From Paramecium tetraurelia (lineage: Eukaryota), in NCBI GenBank assembly GCA_000165425.1, contig CT868652.1, positions 1-64,000 of the forward strand: a stretch of DNA of 64,000 bases, written 5' to 3'. The stretch's first letter is position 1. Each line of letters opens with the position of its first letter. Positions 13,133 to 27,031 of the stretch are shown piece after piece. Under the pieces are notes generated by a model. It searched no databases. It saw nothing but the letters and a program-made list of their open reading frames with translations, and was not told the DNA's origin. The position numbers were made by a program, and so were the translations under genes.

Positions 13133-13454
13133 TTAATATAAATAATAAAATTATTAATGCAGATTGTATAATCAAGATGAGAATTTGCCTGTTCTATTCC
13201 AATTATCATAAGTCTTGATTTTCCCCTGCAATATATTCTAAGAGTTTTAGATGATATTGATTTCATTCTGCATCCATGTGGTCTGCATCTTTGTTCTCTA
13301 AATGATGTGAAATGACGATATCCAATGATCAATTGCTTTATAATATCAATTATATCATTGAAATAATAAACACAATTAAGTATAAATATATTAAATTAAA
13401 AATATAGAGCAAAATAATGAATTGTGCTATTAATGTATGTAAAATATAGAATAA

Positions 13455-13707
13455 TCATGCATCTGTTTGAGTTTTTTATCTCCAAGTTTTATAATCTGGG
13501 TCATACATGAATCCTTTTTCATTTGAAAACATGTAATCTAATAAATAAGATAGAGGATGATATCATACCTATCATTAGCACTATTCCGAACATAAATGAA
13601 ATGGTTAACCAAGCAAATCTAACACCGTCAATGGTGACTGCAGAAAACAATAATGTGATCAAGACAATGGTGAAAATCAGCGATTAGGAACATGAGCAGC
13701 ACGCCAT
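13455..13707 (-). CDS. 73-aa two-TM microprotein
   Basis: With one 31-nt intron (13538-13568) it reads MACCSCSQSLIFTIVLITLLFSAVTIDGVRFAWLTISFMFGIVLMIDYMFSNEKGFMYDPDYKTWRQKTQTDA*. Confidence 0.75.
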
Positions 13708-13750
13708 TTAATATTAATATTTATTATATATTTGATTTAATGATTATATA

Positions 13751-16339
13751 TCATTTTTTCTTCCCACCCTTTTTCGGGTCTACAGCGACAGCCTTAGATT
13801 TCTCTCTTCTGTCTTTTGTTCCTGTAACCTCATCAAAGAAGGTCTACAATATAAAATAAAGAATACCCTTAATTTGTCATATTCAGCTTAAGACTTTACG
13901 TATGGTTACCTAGCAAGTCTAGCCACAAATTCATCAATAGTGATTGGTTCATCAGGAATTTTTTTTATTCTTTCTGGTGTTATTATTTTATCAAGAGCAT
14001 TTTTGAAAGATCCTGCTGTGTATCCTTCTGTCAAATGAGCCAAAGTGCTCAAAGGGAAATTTGGTTCCAATTTTACTCCTTTCTCTTCAATAAAGTACTT
14101 TAGTAATGTCAACCTAGTATCATAATTTAACATTGGGAAAAAGAACTTTTTTTCAAAGAAGTTTTTCGTATCCTTCATAATCATTAATTCTGGTTAATTA
14201 GTAGAACCTATAAAAACTACTCTTGTGGTTGGTTCAATAAACTTAGCCTTTTTAAAATCTTAGAGTGGCTTTTTTAATTTTGCCCAAGGAGCAGCAGGAA
14301 CACCTTTTTTCTTTTTTGCAGATCCAAAAACTTATTCTATGTTATCCATAAAGATAATCGTAGGGTGTAAAACCTTAGCTACATAAAATACAGTATAAAA
14401 TGTTTTTCCAATAGAAGATTTATCAGAAAACTTTTATTACACTTCAGGGGAACTAGGTGTTATATCGAGTAACATAGCATTGCATTCAGTTGCCAAAGCT
14501 CTAATTGCTAAAGTTTTACCAGATCCTGAAGGCCCAAAGAATAAGAAGTAAGACATTTTATCTAATTTTTCTTTCAAGATTGGGGATCCTAATTACATAC
14601 CAACAAATTCAGCTAATGCTGATCTTAATTAAGGGTAAGAAGGATCAGGTGTAGTTGCAAACTATTATTCTTAGGTTGCTCCCAATACATTTTGACCACC
14701 TTTTAGATCAGCCAAGTTGGCAGGCATTAATTTTTTGACAATTCCATATTCTAATAATTCACTTAATAAATCAAAGACATCTCTTCCTTTAACACCACCT
14801 GCTCCAGGGACTTTGAAATTCTTGGGTTTAGGAGGTTTTGGTGCCTTAGGCTTAGGTGGTCTCTTTCTAGGTTTCTTTAATAAGAACAAATGTCTATTGT
14901 CTAATTCAATTTCAATTAATTCATCAACTAAACTATTCATTTCAGTTTCTACAGATGATCTAACTAGGCCTTTTGCAACATCAGTTACAAATGTTTATTG
15001 AAAATTGGTTGAATCATCTGTTGATCCCCAAGTTGTCAAATATTCTTCAACCCTCTCATTTATTTTAATAACTGTAGTTAAATCTATAGTGTCTTTCTTT
15101 TCTTCCTTCTTGTCTTTTTTCCCTTTTTTACCTTTCTTTTCAGGTTTATTTTCCTTCTTAGCACCTTTCTTTCCTCCCTTCAAAGCATCTAATTCTTCTT
15201 AAGTTGGAGGGTATCTTTTTTTATCATCATAATAATCAATAGCTTTAGCAGGTAGTTTTTCTTAATATTATTCTATTCTTACTTCCTTCTGTTTTATCTA
15301 AATACATATCAATCCAATCAATTCTTTCTTTGATTTTCTTCTCTTTAATTTCTGGTCCTTCTGTTTCCTAAACCAACTTTTTGAGTTCTATTTTTTTAGC
15401 GTCATAATCTTTCATATGTTATTGTTAAATCAAAGTCATTCTAAAAATAATATGATTATATTCTACTTTTATCTTTATTCCTATGCTTTCATAAATTATG
15501 AGTTTTGTTATTTTGGATCTTCTGCATCTCTTTGAATTCCCAAGAATTTCATCTCTTCTTCCCTCATAAAATAAACCTGTTCTCTTCCTTTGTATCCTTT
15601 GAAATACTTTTGGATAATCAAAACTGCTTTCTCATTTTCCTATTCATCAGTAATTTCCTCTCCTTCAGCTAATCTTTTGGTTTTGTTCTCTTTTCTTAAT
15701 CTCTCTTTCCTCAATTATTTGCATTGTAATCCTCTCTAAATACCTTATCTTCCTCTTTCATTTCTCTGAATTATTTCTAAAATATTTTCTTCTTTTGTAT
15801 CTAAAAAGTATTATTCTTCTATAACTGTTTCTTCTGGCTAACCCAAATCCATGTCTTATAAAGTTTTATCAATAATGAAGTTCCTTTCATCCAATCTTTC
15901 TTTGTCTGTTTCCTTTTTAAAATATCTTGGAATAGGCACTTCCAAATAATCTGGAGTAAGTTTTAAGTCAGTAATTAATTCATCTAAATTCACCATGTCT
16001 GATTGATAACTGTTTGAGTGCACATTATATTAGATGACTAATTTTTTATTTTCAATCATTCTAATAATTGCTAATTCTAGCAATTCCTTCAAATTTATTT
16101 TTTTCTATGGATGCACCATCTAATCATAACAATCCTCTAATCTAATAATAATTATTTGTTATTTAAAACTTTTTATAAATCCCAATGTAACGAATGTAAT
16201 TTTGGGCATAATGCTAAAAAAGATCCTGTGATGGCTTCTTTAAAAAGTCTGGCTCGTTTTAGAAGTTTTCCACCTAAATCAAGTCTTGAATATCATTTAT
16301 TGTCTCTTGCCACATATTATTATAGTATTATTTTGACAT
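13751..16339 (-). CDS. IQCA1: IQ and AAA domain-containing protein (dynein regulatory complex 11-like)
   Basis: N-terminus MSKQYYNNMWQE...LEDCYDQMVHPQKK; IQ motif IIQKYFKGYKGR; Lys-rich linker; Walker A GPSGSGKT; C-terminal LAHLTEGYTAG. Confidence 0.9.
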
Positions 16340-17157
16340 TGTTATACAATAATAAAAATAATAAATTCTTAGAAGCAAAAATTTATGCTTTATAACAGAA
16401 TTAATAATTTCAACGATCATATCCGATGCTCATATAACATTCTTAGAATTCTTCCTTTGGAACTAGGAATGGTGTTTATATTATATTAATCAATCATAAC
16501 ATTTGTACTTTTTCTAACATTTATTTATTGGCTAGTGTTCTAATAAGATTGGAAGATTTGATACGTTGTTTTCAATATTAAGAATTTCTTATATGTTAAT
16601 TTAACATGTCTAATCGGATGAACAAAAAAAATAAGGGTATTATATTATTACATCAAAATCTTTATATAAATGTGCAAGTCAAAAAAATTAAGATTAACTG
16701 GAGTAAATTGTTGATATCTTTTAGTATTTACTTTAATATAAAGCTTAAGTAGTATATTCAAGAATTTGATTAAAAAAGGATAGGACTTTTCGAAAAGGAT
16801 TATTTTTTAATAAATCAATTGCATATTTATAGGTAAAGGATAAGAATTCCAATATAAAACATATGATGATAAACTAAGAAGTTTGTTTTTTGATAATTTT
16901 AATATAAGCTATCTATAACTGATAGATATATCTTTGGTAAAATTTGTTTTAGTTTTAAATTAAACTCATAGTCAATTTATGAATCATTAACAAATATATT
17001 TATTCCCTTTATCTTTTCTATTAAATTGGCGTAAATACATTGAATTTGAAATTATCTATATGTTTATAATAAAGGTGGATTCAACATTATTGACTTTTAT
17101 TTTTGCAATAATTCGATTATAATTAAGAATTGGATATAAATAATATTCAGACAATTA

Positions 17158-19630
17158 ATGTAGCTTACAAGCGATCGTGAAGATCCTGAACAATTAAATA
17201 CTTAAGGAGCCTGTTCTGTTGAAATTCCACCCCAAAGAAACAGGTCTTCCTCATAATACTTGTTTCACGGTCCCTAGAACAGAAAATTGAAAACATAAGC
17301 TACTGTTTCTATATTTGGGTATTGGACTTAAATAATTGATAGGACTTTTAATACATACGAAGATAAAACAACTATAACAAGAGACACTAGAAGCGTATTT
17401 ACTAGAATTGTGAAAAAACTGATCATCATACAATGTTTTTTTGATTCATTGGAGTAATATCGAAAGGAGAGGTTGTAATAAAGAATAGAGTTTTATTTTC
17501 AAAAACGCACAAAGGTGATTCCATTTTATCCTGATGATTGTCTAATTGTTTATTGGATGAAAGTTGTAACTCTACTGCAATTTTGCTCTTGTATAATTTA
17601 CCCCATGTTCATAACATTCAATGATTTATAAACTGATTTATCTTGGATTGTGATGATTTTAGATGCTCTTTTCTCCATTGACATATTATTAACGTTTTTG
17701 ACAGCTTACATAGATGAAACATCTACTTTAAAAATATAAATTGTTGATATAACAATGCATTATTTGAAAACATGGTTTATTTTTGATTCTATATCAATTT
17801 TTCCTTGGATTTCCATAGGATTGGAGAATTTGAGGCTTTTTAGACTGTTAAGAATATTAAAATATTTTATATATAAAAGAAAGCATAGCTACAAGGGGTA
17901 AGCAGACTAGCACCAAATAGTACCTTCATTTTTGCCATATAATGATATGTAATTGAAGGAGGGGATTAAATTTCTAATAGATGTGATGGTAACAGCATTT
18001 CTTTTGATTCACATATTTGCTTGTGGATATCATTATTTATTAGGAATAGAATATTTAGATGCCTTTTATCAATCAACCTAAACAATAACAACAATTGGAT
18101 ATGGTGATTGTTCTCAGTCCATCAAGTATGAATATTAAATCTTGTGGTTAATTATTGGAGTAGGGTTTTATACTTTTACAATAGGAGATTTTGCTTATAT
18201 GATGTAAAGATCTGGGGTGAATTAGGATGATGAATATTATTTCCAGCTCGAGCAATTGTCTTACGTATCTGACTTTCCAGAAAGGATAAAAAACTAGTTT
18301 CAAAGGTTCATCACAACCAACCTAAACAACAATGCCTTCTGGTCTAGTTATCATAAAAAGATGGTTCACGATTTACCATATTAAATATAGAATTATCTAG
18401 TTTTAAGTGGGATGCTGTAAATTTGTGAGGCAGTACCTTTTTTCATGTAGGATATTAATTTTACGATTGAATTATTAAATGATGTTCAATTCTTGTTTAT
18501 TGAAGAAAATGATCTAATATATAGAGAAGGCTAGAATTCTAATGAGATATATTTTTTATTGTAGGGCGACGTAAGGATAATGACTAAAAAGAAATTTACT
18601 TTATTAAATATTTTAGAGGGAACTATGTTTGGAGAATACGAGGCTATCGAGGAATCCTTGAGAGCAACTTATGCTGTAGCAATATAAAAGTCTTTGATTT
18701 TAAAAGTGGATTATGCTATTTTCGAAAAATCTATGAAGATGAGTCCAAATTTATATTTTGAAGTTTAGCAACTATTTCATAGAAGAAGAAAGTTGTTGAT
18801 AAATAGTCTTAGATATGAGAAATGTAATTATAAATAAACCATATTAGTTAGCTTAAAGAAAGAAGGTTCGAAGATCGGTTTTAATCCAATTCAGTCATGT
18901 ATAATTACAGTAAACTAGACAAGAGATGAAGAGGCAACGAGAAATCCAAGAACTTAAAAATATTAATGAATATAATCAAATGGTTCTTCAACAATTGATT
19001 GATAAAAAGAGACATAAATATGAATAATTGTTGGCAAGGTTTAAATCAGTTGTGTTTCGAATTATTCATTTTAATCAGTAATTAATCCGAACACCCCCAG
19101 AGGATTGGAAAGATTTAGACAATTACAATTTAATTAAGAGAGTATTTCCATTGCGTTGCTTATCTGATAAGTTGTAAGTTTTCTTTAGGAAATCCTCATC
19201 AGTTCACAGTCAATCAGTTCATCGAAGCTCGATTCGCAAAAGAATAGAATGCCATCCTTAATACGATAAATTTAAATGGCGACTAAGCGATATTTAAATA
19301 AAATAAATTATTTTAATGCACAATAAAAGGTCAGTGAAGGTATTTCCAACTTTAAAGAGCATTGTGTAAAATTATCAAAAAAGTACAGTAGCATCATCTC
19401 CATAGAGGATTAATAGATTCTATCCTAAATGGATAAAAGATTTAGTACTTGAAGATCATACTACTGCAGAAATGGAAAAATTTGTATTGAAGTATCATCA
19501 AATCAATAAGAGATTGGATCAGATTGATAAGATGTGGACAAAGGGATTAATTATTAGATTTGATGAATTTAAATTGAAAAGTTAAAAAGATTTAGATCAT
19601 CTTGACACTGAATCTTCTGATGATAAATGA
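17158..19630 (+). CDS. 6TM K+ channel with cyclic-nucleotide-binding domain
   Basis: S4 LRLFRLLRILKY; filter TITTIGYGD (about 18082-18108); CNBD IYREGQNSNEIYFLLQG..EGTMFGE. Confidence 0.88.
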
Positions 19631-19768
19631 AAAACTCAAAGATAATGATATCTTTTTCTTTGTTAATCTTTTTTATTAATTATTATATATCATTTATTAT
19701 TGAAATTAACTTAAGAATTTAAGTTAGGTTTCCTTTAAAACATTATTTAATTTGCCTATAATCATTGA

Positions 19769-21573
19769 ATGAGTGCAGCTAATTTAAATTTAGAAAGAGA
19801 CAAGTATAAAGATTTGTTGAAGAGTATAAAAGATGAATCTATGTAACTTGCCATTAGACATCAAAGCAATACATCATAAGTTCTGGAGAAAAAGAGGAAA
19901 TTAAAAATGGAATCGGAGCACACAGGAAAATTAGGTATTTATGCAATATAAAATGTCGCTAGCTCTTCCAAGCATAGAAAACAGTACTTTAGAAGATATT
20001 TCATCTCATTTCCATCTACGCAGCAGTTAAGCAGGAGAATTTGTTGAATTGATACCAAACAAATCTCAATAAAAGTTTATTTAGCAAAGCTTTCTTAAGT
20101 TGCAAAGAAATAAAATGTCTTAAACCTATCGAGATATTAGTTTAAGCGAAAAGAAATTTAAATCGCTATAACGTAAAGTTCCACATCAAGAAACATAGAG
20201 CTTAAAATAATTAGAAAAGTAACTGGGAATAGCAAAATCAACAGAAAAACAAACATTACCAACTATTTAAAGAGTATACTAATAAAAAAGAAAAGCCACG
20301 GAAGAAAAAATAGAAGAAGAATAACCAGCTGTTTCATTTTTCGAAGAGACTTTAACTTCATATTCATATGCAGTACCTAGGAGAAGGGAATCTGCACAAA
20401 TAGGAGTCATCAGAGATAGACTTTATGTATTTGGAGGTATGAGTGGAGGAGGAATAACAAATGAAGTTTGGTGGTTCGATTTAAGTATATATTTAAATAC
20501 ATTCAATAGAAAAGCAAGAATGGAGCAATTATTGTTCAAATGTTTAACTATTTATAACCAGTCATTCGATGGTTGTCTGGAAGTAATTTTTGGTTTTCTT
20601 TGGTGGATCAGGTTATTATGATCATAAAATGAAAATCAGGCAAGTTTATTCTACTATTGGTTTATTCAATACTATAAATAACCAATGGACAACTTCATTA
20701 GAATCAGTGGAACCTAGGAGAGAACACAAAGCATCAGTCCTCTTCGGAAAACTAATGGTGATTACTGGTGGATTAGATGCAGCAGAGAAATTGCTAGACG
20801 ATACATTATTTTATTCCTTGGATTCTAAGAGATGGACTGGTTAAAAGTTGTTATTTGAAGAAGGTATTGCATAGCATGCTCAATGTACAGCATATGACAG
20901 CAAAAAAAATATTGAAACTGTTTATATTTTTGGTGGATAAGCCGCCAAATTGAATTCATTTCCCTTAATGAAGATGTTATTTTATGGACTACATCCAGTT
21001 GGTTGGGAGAAAGTACAGTATTCTGGGCAAGCACCAGAAGGCAGATATAATCACACTATGGAAAATGTGGGTGATTATTTAATTTTGATAGGTGGCAGAT
21101 CTTAAGAAAAAATAGAATATCAAAATGAAATTTTTATTTTTAATCTTAAAAACAGCACTTGGATTATAGCTTAAAGATAAGGATTGTCAACAAAAAGGTG
21201 GAGTCATTCAAGTTGTGTTTATGGTAGCAACATTCTATGTTTCGGAGGAATAGGTGAAAATACTTACTTACCCCCTCATATTTATTAAATAGAGACTGAT
21301 AATTACAAAATAAGAGGAAAAATTGGTGTTGTTAAGTAATTGGCTACAATAAGTGAAGAAATCTTTAGCAGCAGGCCTCCTTTGAATATCAACAAAGATT
21401 AGGAATCAGATTCTAAGAAAGTTTGTAGATTGGAGAAATTCAGAAAAACTAGAAAAATGTATGAGCAAATTACAACCTACTTACCTTTGCCAAAATTGAA
21501 AACACCAAGAATGAGATACGATATCTTAATTCATTTTGTTAAAATCGTAATGAAATAAATTGGATACATTTGA
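19769..21573 (+). CDS. Kelch-repeat protein
   Basis: Kelch blades LYVFGGMSGG, VFFGGSGY, EPRREHKA..MVITGG, APEGRYNHTM..LILIGGR, ILCFGG after a low-complexity N-terminus. Confidence 0.85.
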
Positions 21574-21654
21574 ATATAATTTGAGAATAAAATATTCTAC
21601 TCATTTTAAATTATTGTATTCTAATTATTTATTGAAATTATATACTCTATAATA

Positions 21655-22400
21655 ATGATAAGCAAATATCGATTCTCGATAAATCAAATTATAATAAGAG
21701 AAGCAATCAAATATATTAAACTGTGAAAGTATTTTAAACATCATTATTCAACTAGCTACTTCACAGGTTTATTAATAAAATGAGGAATTGAAATTAATAT
21801 CACTTTATCAGAAATATTGGAATTAATGGTTAGTATCATTTTAGAAGTTTATTTATATTATATAATAGCACTTAAATTTAGAAAATAGAACACCTTTTAT
21901 TAAGAAATATCTTTGATCATATAAATCTCAGGGATTTCTATATTTATAATTCCTTATAAAAATGGACTTAAGTATATTCAGTTAACAGAGCTAGTAAATT
22001 TAATCTGATTAGCATTTACTCAATACATTTTTGTAGATAAAAGTGTAAGCTATAAAGAATTTGTCCTCAATTTTCAAATGTCCTAAAAATATACAAATCT
22101 CTAATTGTACAGATATAGATGATTGAGAAAACATATAACATTCATAGCTAATTATATGTGTTAACAAGCTAAGAATTAGATTACCTCATTAAGGAAAAGT
22201 AAAAAAATCCTAATAATTAAATGATGATTATTAGGATTGACAGCACACTCAGAGTATCAGAATCAAGCTTAAAATTGTTGAGATTGCAATTGGAATTAAT
22301 ATATTTATTAGGATTGGAAATTTTAGAAAATAGGAAATTTGATGTAAGATATTTTAAGATTAAATTTAGCTATTGTGATAAATTTATGGATAGGGATTGA
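21655..22400 (+). CDS. Hypothetical protein, 5' structure unresolved
   Basis: About 160 open codons ending ...KFMDRD*; I could not join the 5' ATG in frame, so it may be a pseudogene. Confidence 0.35.
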
Positions 22401-22472
22401 AATAATCTGAATGATTAAATAAATATCTTATGATTATGTTATTGTTATATGATTATTTATATGAAAATACTG

Positions 22473-22731
22473 TCATTGCAGATGCACTGTCTCAGCATAG
22501 TTGATTAAAAATCTCATATGAGTACTTGATGCTCCAGCATGGTACACAGCACATTTCTCTATAGAAATTATTAATTTTGATTAGAATACTTAAACATTCT
22601 GTTTCAGACTCATTAAAATCTCTATTCACTTTTAATGCTCCACATCTTTTACTGCAATCTTTGGTTGCTCTTGTCATATAATGTAAGGCTTAAGCTCCGA
22701 CTCCCCAATCGATTTCTTGTTCCTCAGACAT
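22473..22731 (-). CDS. Small Tim family (twin CX3C) mitochondrial intermembrane-space protein
   Basis: With one 31-nt intron (22559-22589) it reads MSEEQEIDWGVGAQALHYMTRATKDCSKRCGALKVNRDFNESETECLKKCAVYHAGASSTHMRFLINYAETVHLQ*. Confidence 0.85.
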
Positions 22732-23112
22732 TTGAACAAATATTTAATATTAAAAATATTAATACTTGATTGAATTTAAGTTAATTTTATAGCATTCCAA
22801 ATAAGTATAAATAGGTTCATATACTACATTCAATAATAATATTATCAACCTAATAACTCAAGGTCTAAATCTATCAAAATAACTGTAGTGAAAGTAAATT
22901 AGTGAATTACTTAAAAATCAATACCTACTTATCTAATGTTGATTTACAATAATGAATAATAATCGAAATAGATTTTTGATTAAATGAAAATCGTTTAGAT
23001 CATGATGAGAATATGGCTTTAGATTGTTGAGGAAGATTGAATATTGCTAACAAGTATTAAGGTTTGATAGAAAAGGGAATGGAAAGCTTGAATAATTTTT
23101 TATATATTAAAA

Positions 23113-25454
23113 ATGTAAAATAAATTATTAGATAAAGTTTAAGAAGAGAATGCAGCAAACAAAATGAGTAAATTGTTCAAAGGAAACTAGAATGATTATT
23201 ATGTTTCAATGAAGGAGGAGGATGGTCATCAGATTGAATTGAATAAGATATAAAGGAAGAAGGTATTTTTATCAGGCAGTGAAGATGAAGAAGAACGATT
23301 ACCAACGTCAACGCCAATTGTTAATAAAGAAGAAAATAAGTGTAAGATTATTTCTTTGAGCGTAGAAATTCAAGTGTACCAAAACTAAGAGAATAGGAAT
23401 AGCGATATTTTAGATGAGGTACCTACATAAGAGAATATTGATGAATTGAATGGGATGCCATAATTTGAATTATCACCATTAAACATACCAACAGGGAAGA
23501 AGAAAACTAAAACAAAGAAAAACAAATTAAAAAAGAAAAAAGTGAAACATTAAGCATTGCCATTTAATTGGAATACTTATAAATTCTTATTACACTATCC
23601 CTTATAACATTTAAAATTAACTATACTAGTGAATGTATTGATAGTATTATCTGCTGTAGCACAAATGTTATTACCATGGATACTTGGTAGATTGATTGAT
23701 GAAATCACTAAAAATGTGGAATAAGCTCAGCAATCAGGTTCAAATCCTGAAAATAATTAGGGCACTCAGAATGTTGTTATTGATGAAGAATTGCATTCAA
23801 CATTATCAAAATAGTTTCTATATGTTTTGACAGCTTATACAATTTTATCTTTAGTTAGAGCATTCATCAATCAAATTTGGTAAGAAATGATATATAATGA
23901 TATGAGAGAAGATGTCCTAAAGTCCTTCTTATCCTTTGATTTAACATTCTTTCACACTTACAGAAATGGTGAAATAATATCAAGGATGACAAATGATTTG
24001 CAATCAGCTAAATCAGCAGTCAGTGGAAATATTATTTTGCTAATAAGAAATTGTTGTTTGACTATCTTCAATATCATAATCTTATTTGCATTGTCTTGGA
24101 AAGTGACTTTAGCAATTTTAGCCCCAATGCCAATTTTTATTGTTCTGGGAACTATCCATACGAAAATGGCAAAAAAGTTTGAAAAATTAGGTCAAGAATA
24201 TCAAGCCAAACTAACCACTTTGGCAGATGAGATCGTCTCAGGAGTAGTAACAGTAAAGAGTTTCTGTACAGAACAATTCGAAATTAAGAAATTTCACAAA
24301 CAATTAGATTTAAATATTAAATTGGCTCAAAAACGAGGAGTAAATACTGGATGTTATTAAGCATCATCCGCTTTATTCACTTAATTGGGATCCTTGATTG
24401 TTTTATGGTATGGCGGTAAACTGGCAATGAATAGTTCAGCAGAATTATCGGCTGGGTATCACATTATATAATTAAATTTAGTGACTTGACAACCATAATC
24501 TTATACTCTCTATAATTATCTTCATCTAGTTCAGATATTAGCGAATCTTTTGCAAAAATAGTAAGTGCCACTGGAGCATTTGAAGGAGTACTCGATATGC
24601 TCAAATGGGAGTCTCTTGTTAAGGAAGCACCAGATGCAATAGATCATATTACTCCAACAGGAGAAATTTAATTTAAGAATGTTGTATTCTCGTATCCAAA
24701 CTCTTAAGTGTAAGTCTTGAAAGGAATCTCGCTTAAAATTACTAAAGGAGAATATGTTGCATTTGTGGGACCTAGTGGCAGTGGTAAATCAACACTCATG
24801 CATTTATTGGAAAGATTTTATGACCCATAATCAGGCTCAATTTATTTTGATGAAATGAACATCAAATAATTCAAACTCAAAGCATTAAGAAAGGCAATCG
24901 GATTAGTTTCCCAAGATCCTGTTTTATTTGAAGGAACTATAGAAACTAATATAATATATGGAACCGAAAATTATACTAAGGATGATTTTGAATGGGCCAC
25001 TAAAGCAGCAGGAGTTTGGTAATTTGTTTCAGATAAATTCAAATTTCCCCATGGATTTGATACTTTCGTTGGTGAACATGGTTATACTTTAAGTGGAGGA
25101 TAGAAGCAAAGAATTGTAATTGCCAGAGCATTATTAAAAAGACCAAAAATCTTAATCTTTGACGAGGCAACTTCTGCTCTAGATGCTGAAAGTGAATTTC
25201 AAGTTTAATCTGCCATTGATGAATTAATCTAAAAGGGAAGCAAAAACATAACTGTTTTAGTAATCGCTCACAGATTGAGTACGATTGTTAATTGCAATAG
25301 GATTATTGTATTATAAAACGGTGTTGTGGCAGAACAAGGAACGCATTAAGAATTGCTTAATAATCCTGAAGGGATTTACAGACAATTAGTGGAGAGATAA
25401 ATATCAGGAGTTATTGATTCTAAAGATAATGATGGAGATTCAGAAGCTTAATGA
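23113..25454 (+). CDS. ABCB-type half transporter (TMD-NBD)
   Basis: TMD motif [17 protein letters not shown]; Walker [10 protein letters not shown]; signature LSGGQKQR; Walker [20 protein letters not shown]. Confidence 0.93.
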
Positions 25455-25853
25455 AATGAAATATAAATTGTTATTTTACATTACATAGATATTAATTATT
25501 TTTCTATGAATTAGATCAAATAAATATCATTTAGCACAATAATAAGATTTCTTTTTCACGAAGGTTAATTCATTTTGAGGTTTATTAAAATACTCAAAGA
25601 AGAACTAATCATTTGATAATTTACTAATAAAATGTTTATAGGTATACAAAAGATCAATATCTTGTTGTAGAAATATAAAAGTCATTCCCAACTCAATGAT
25701 TAATTGCATCTATTAAAAATTTAAGAAACTAAAAATGAAATAATATGATTGCTACCAAAATTATCTATAAGATAGTTTGAATTTTTGGAAATTGAAAAAC
25801 CATATAGAAAGTGAAAATTAATCTAAAGTAAGAAGAATACAAAATAATGAAAG

Positions 25854-26994
25854 TCAATCTTTAACAATTAACCTTCTCTTAAATACGAGATTACTTTTTT
25901 CATTTGCTAATTATTAAGTTAGCTCTGAATTCTCTTTTCTTTCATTCGTAAAGAAATCCAAGGTCTTTTTTTTTCTTAATGATCTATTAACTTATACACT
26001 CTTTACTCTACCTGTGTCCACTTTAGCCTTAGATTTAGCTATTATATCTTTGGAGTTATAAAATTTTTGCTGATTTTCTAACATTTTCAGTTGTCCCAAT
26101 CTAATCATTTCATCGGAATTCTCGCTCACTTTTTTGGTGATCATCTATTTTAGACCTGTTATTCCTTTTTGACTTTACTTTAAAGTAGTATTTCTTCTGT
26201 TATTTCTCTTAACAGTTTCTGGAGATAAATTCTATAAAGATTCTCAAATTTCATTAAAATTAGAATTAATACCTTGTTTTTCAGCTCTATTTGTTAACCA
26301 TGAGAATGCAACTGATGCAGCATATTTAGTTTATATTTTTTCAATTACTAATTCTTTTCTAGTATTTTCGTCCTGCTATTATTATTCATCTATATTTCCA
26401 TAAGAATGCATTGGATTAAGTACTTCATTGGGTTGATCTGCAGTTTTCAATCCAAAAATTGATTGTTTCTTCATTTTATCAGCAGATTAATTTAATCTTT
26501 GTTTCAGTTTCAGTTTCCTCCTGATTACATTAAAAATTGGCTCTAATCTTTTAGCTTTTAATCTGAGAGCAGCTATTTGCATCTCTTCTTTTCTCTCTAA
26601 AATTTTATCGATAAGCAATATTCTAAAGTTTAGTCTTTTTTAGTTACCGTTCTTCTGCAGAGGATAATTACTTTAGAGATTAAATTATCTATTTTTTATC
26701 ATTGAAATCAGATAGTAAATTATAAGCTTCCTTAACCTTTTAACCTTTAATACCATTTTAAATTGACTTTGTTGGATCATAATTTTTGAGATTGGCTTTT
26801 AATTTCTCATACAACTACCCTCTTTCAGATGTCTTAGGGATAGTTGATATATCTCCTATTCTTGGAGACTCAATTGGAGAGACTTAGGTTGTAATGCTGT
26901 AAGGCGTTGGATTATGTGAATGGACAGTAAAAGCAAGGTGTTTTTGATTTGGACTATAAAGTGGTCTGGATAACAATAATTAATCAAAACTCAT
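25854..26994 (-). CDS. Hypothetical basic, low-complexity protein
   Basis: Long open frame from MSFDQLLLSRPLYSPNQ; the 3' end depends on an inferred 23-nt intron. Confidence 0.6.
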
Positions 26995-27031
26995 TTAATT
27001 TTAATAATTACTATATGATAATGCAAATATT

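Noticed and set aside
13150..13345. Possible snoRNA or micro-ORF between CCDC93 and the small TM gene
   Set aside because: No complete C/D box pair, and only a 38-codon minus-strand ORF (MQTTWMQNE...); insufficient support.
16385..16561. 58-aa hydrophobic ORF divergent from IQCA1
   Set aside because: Length is within chance expectation for a one-stop code, and AT-rich DNA gives hydrophobic translations.
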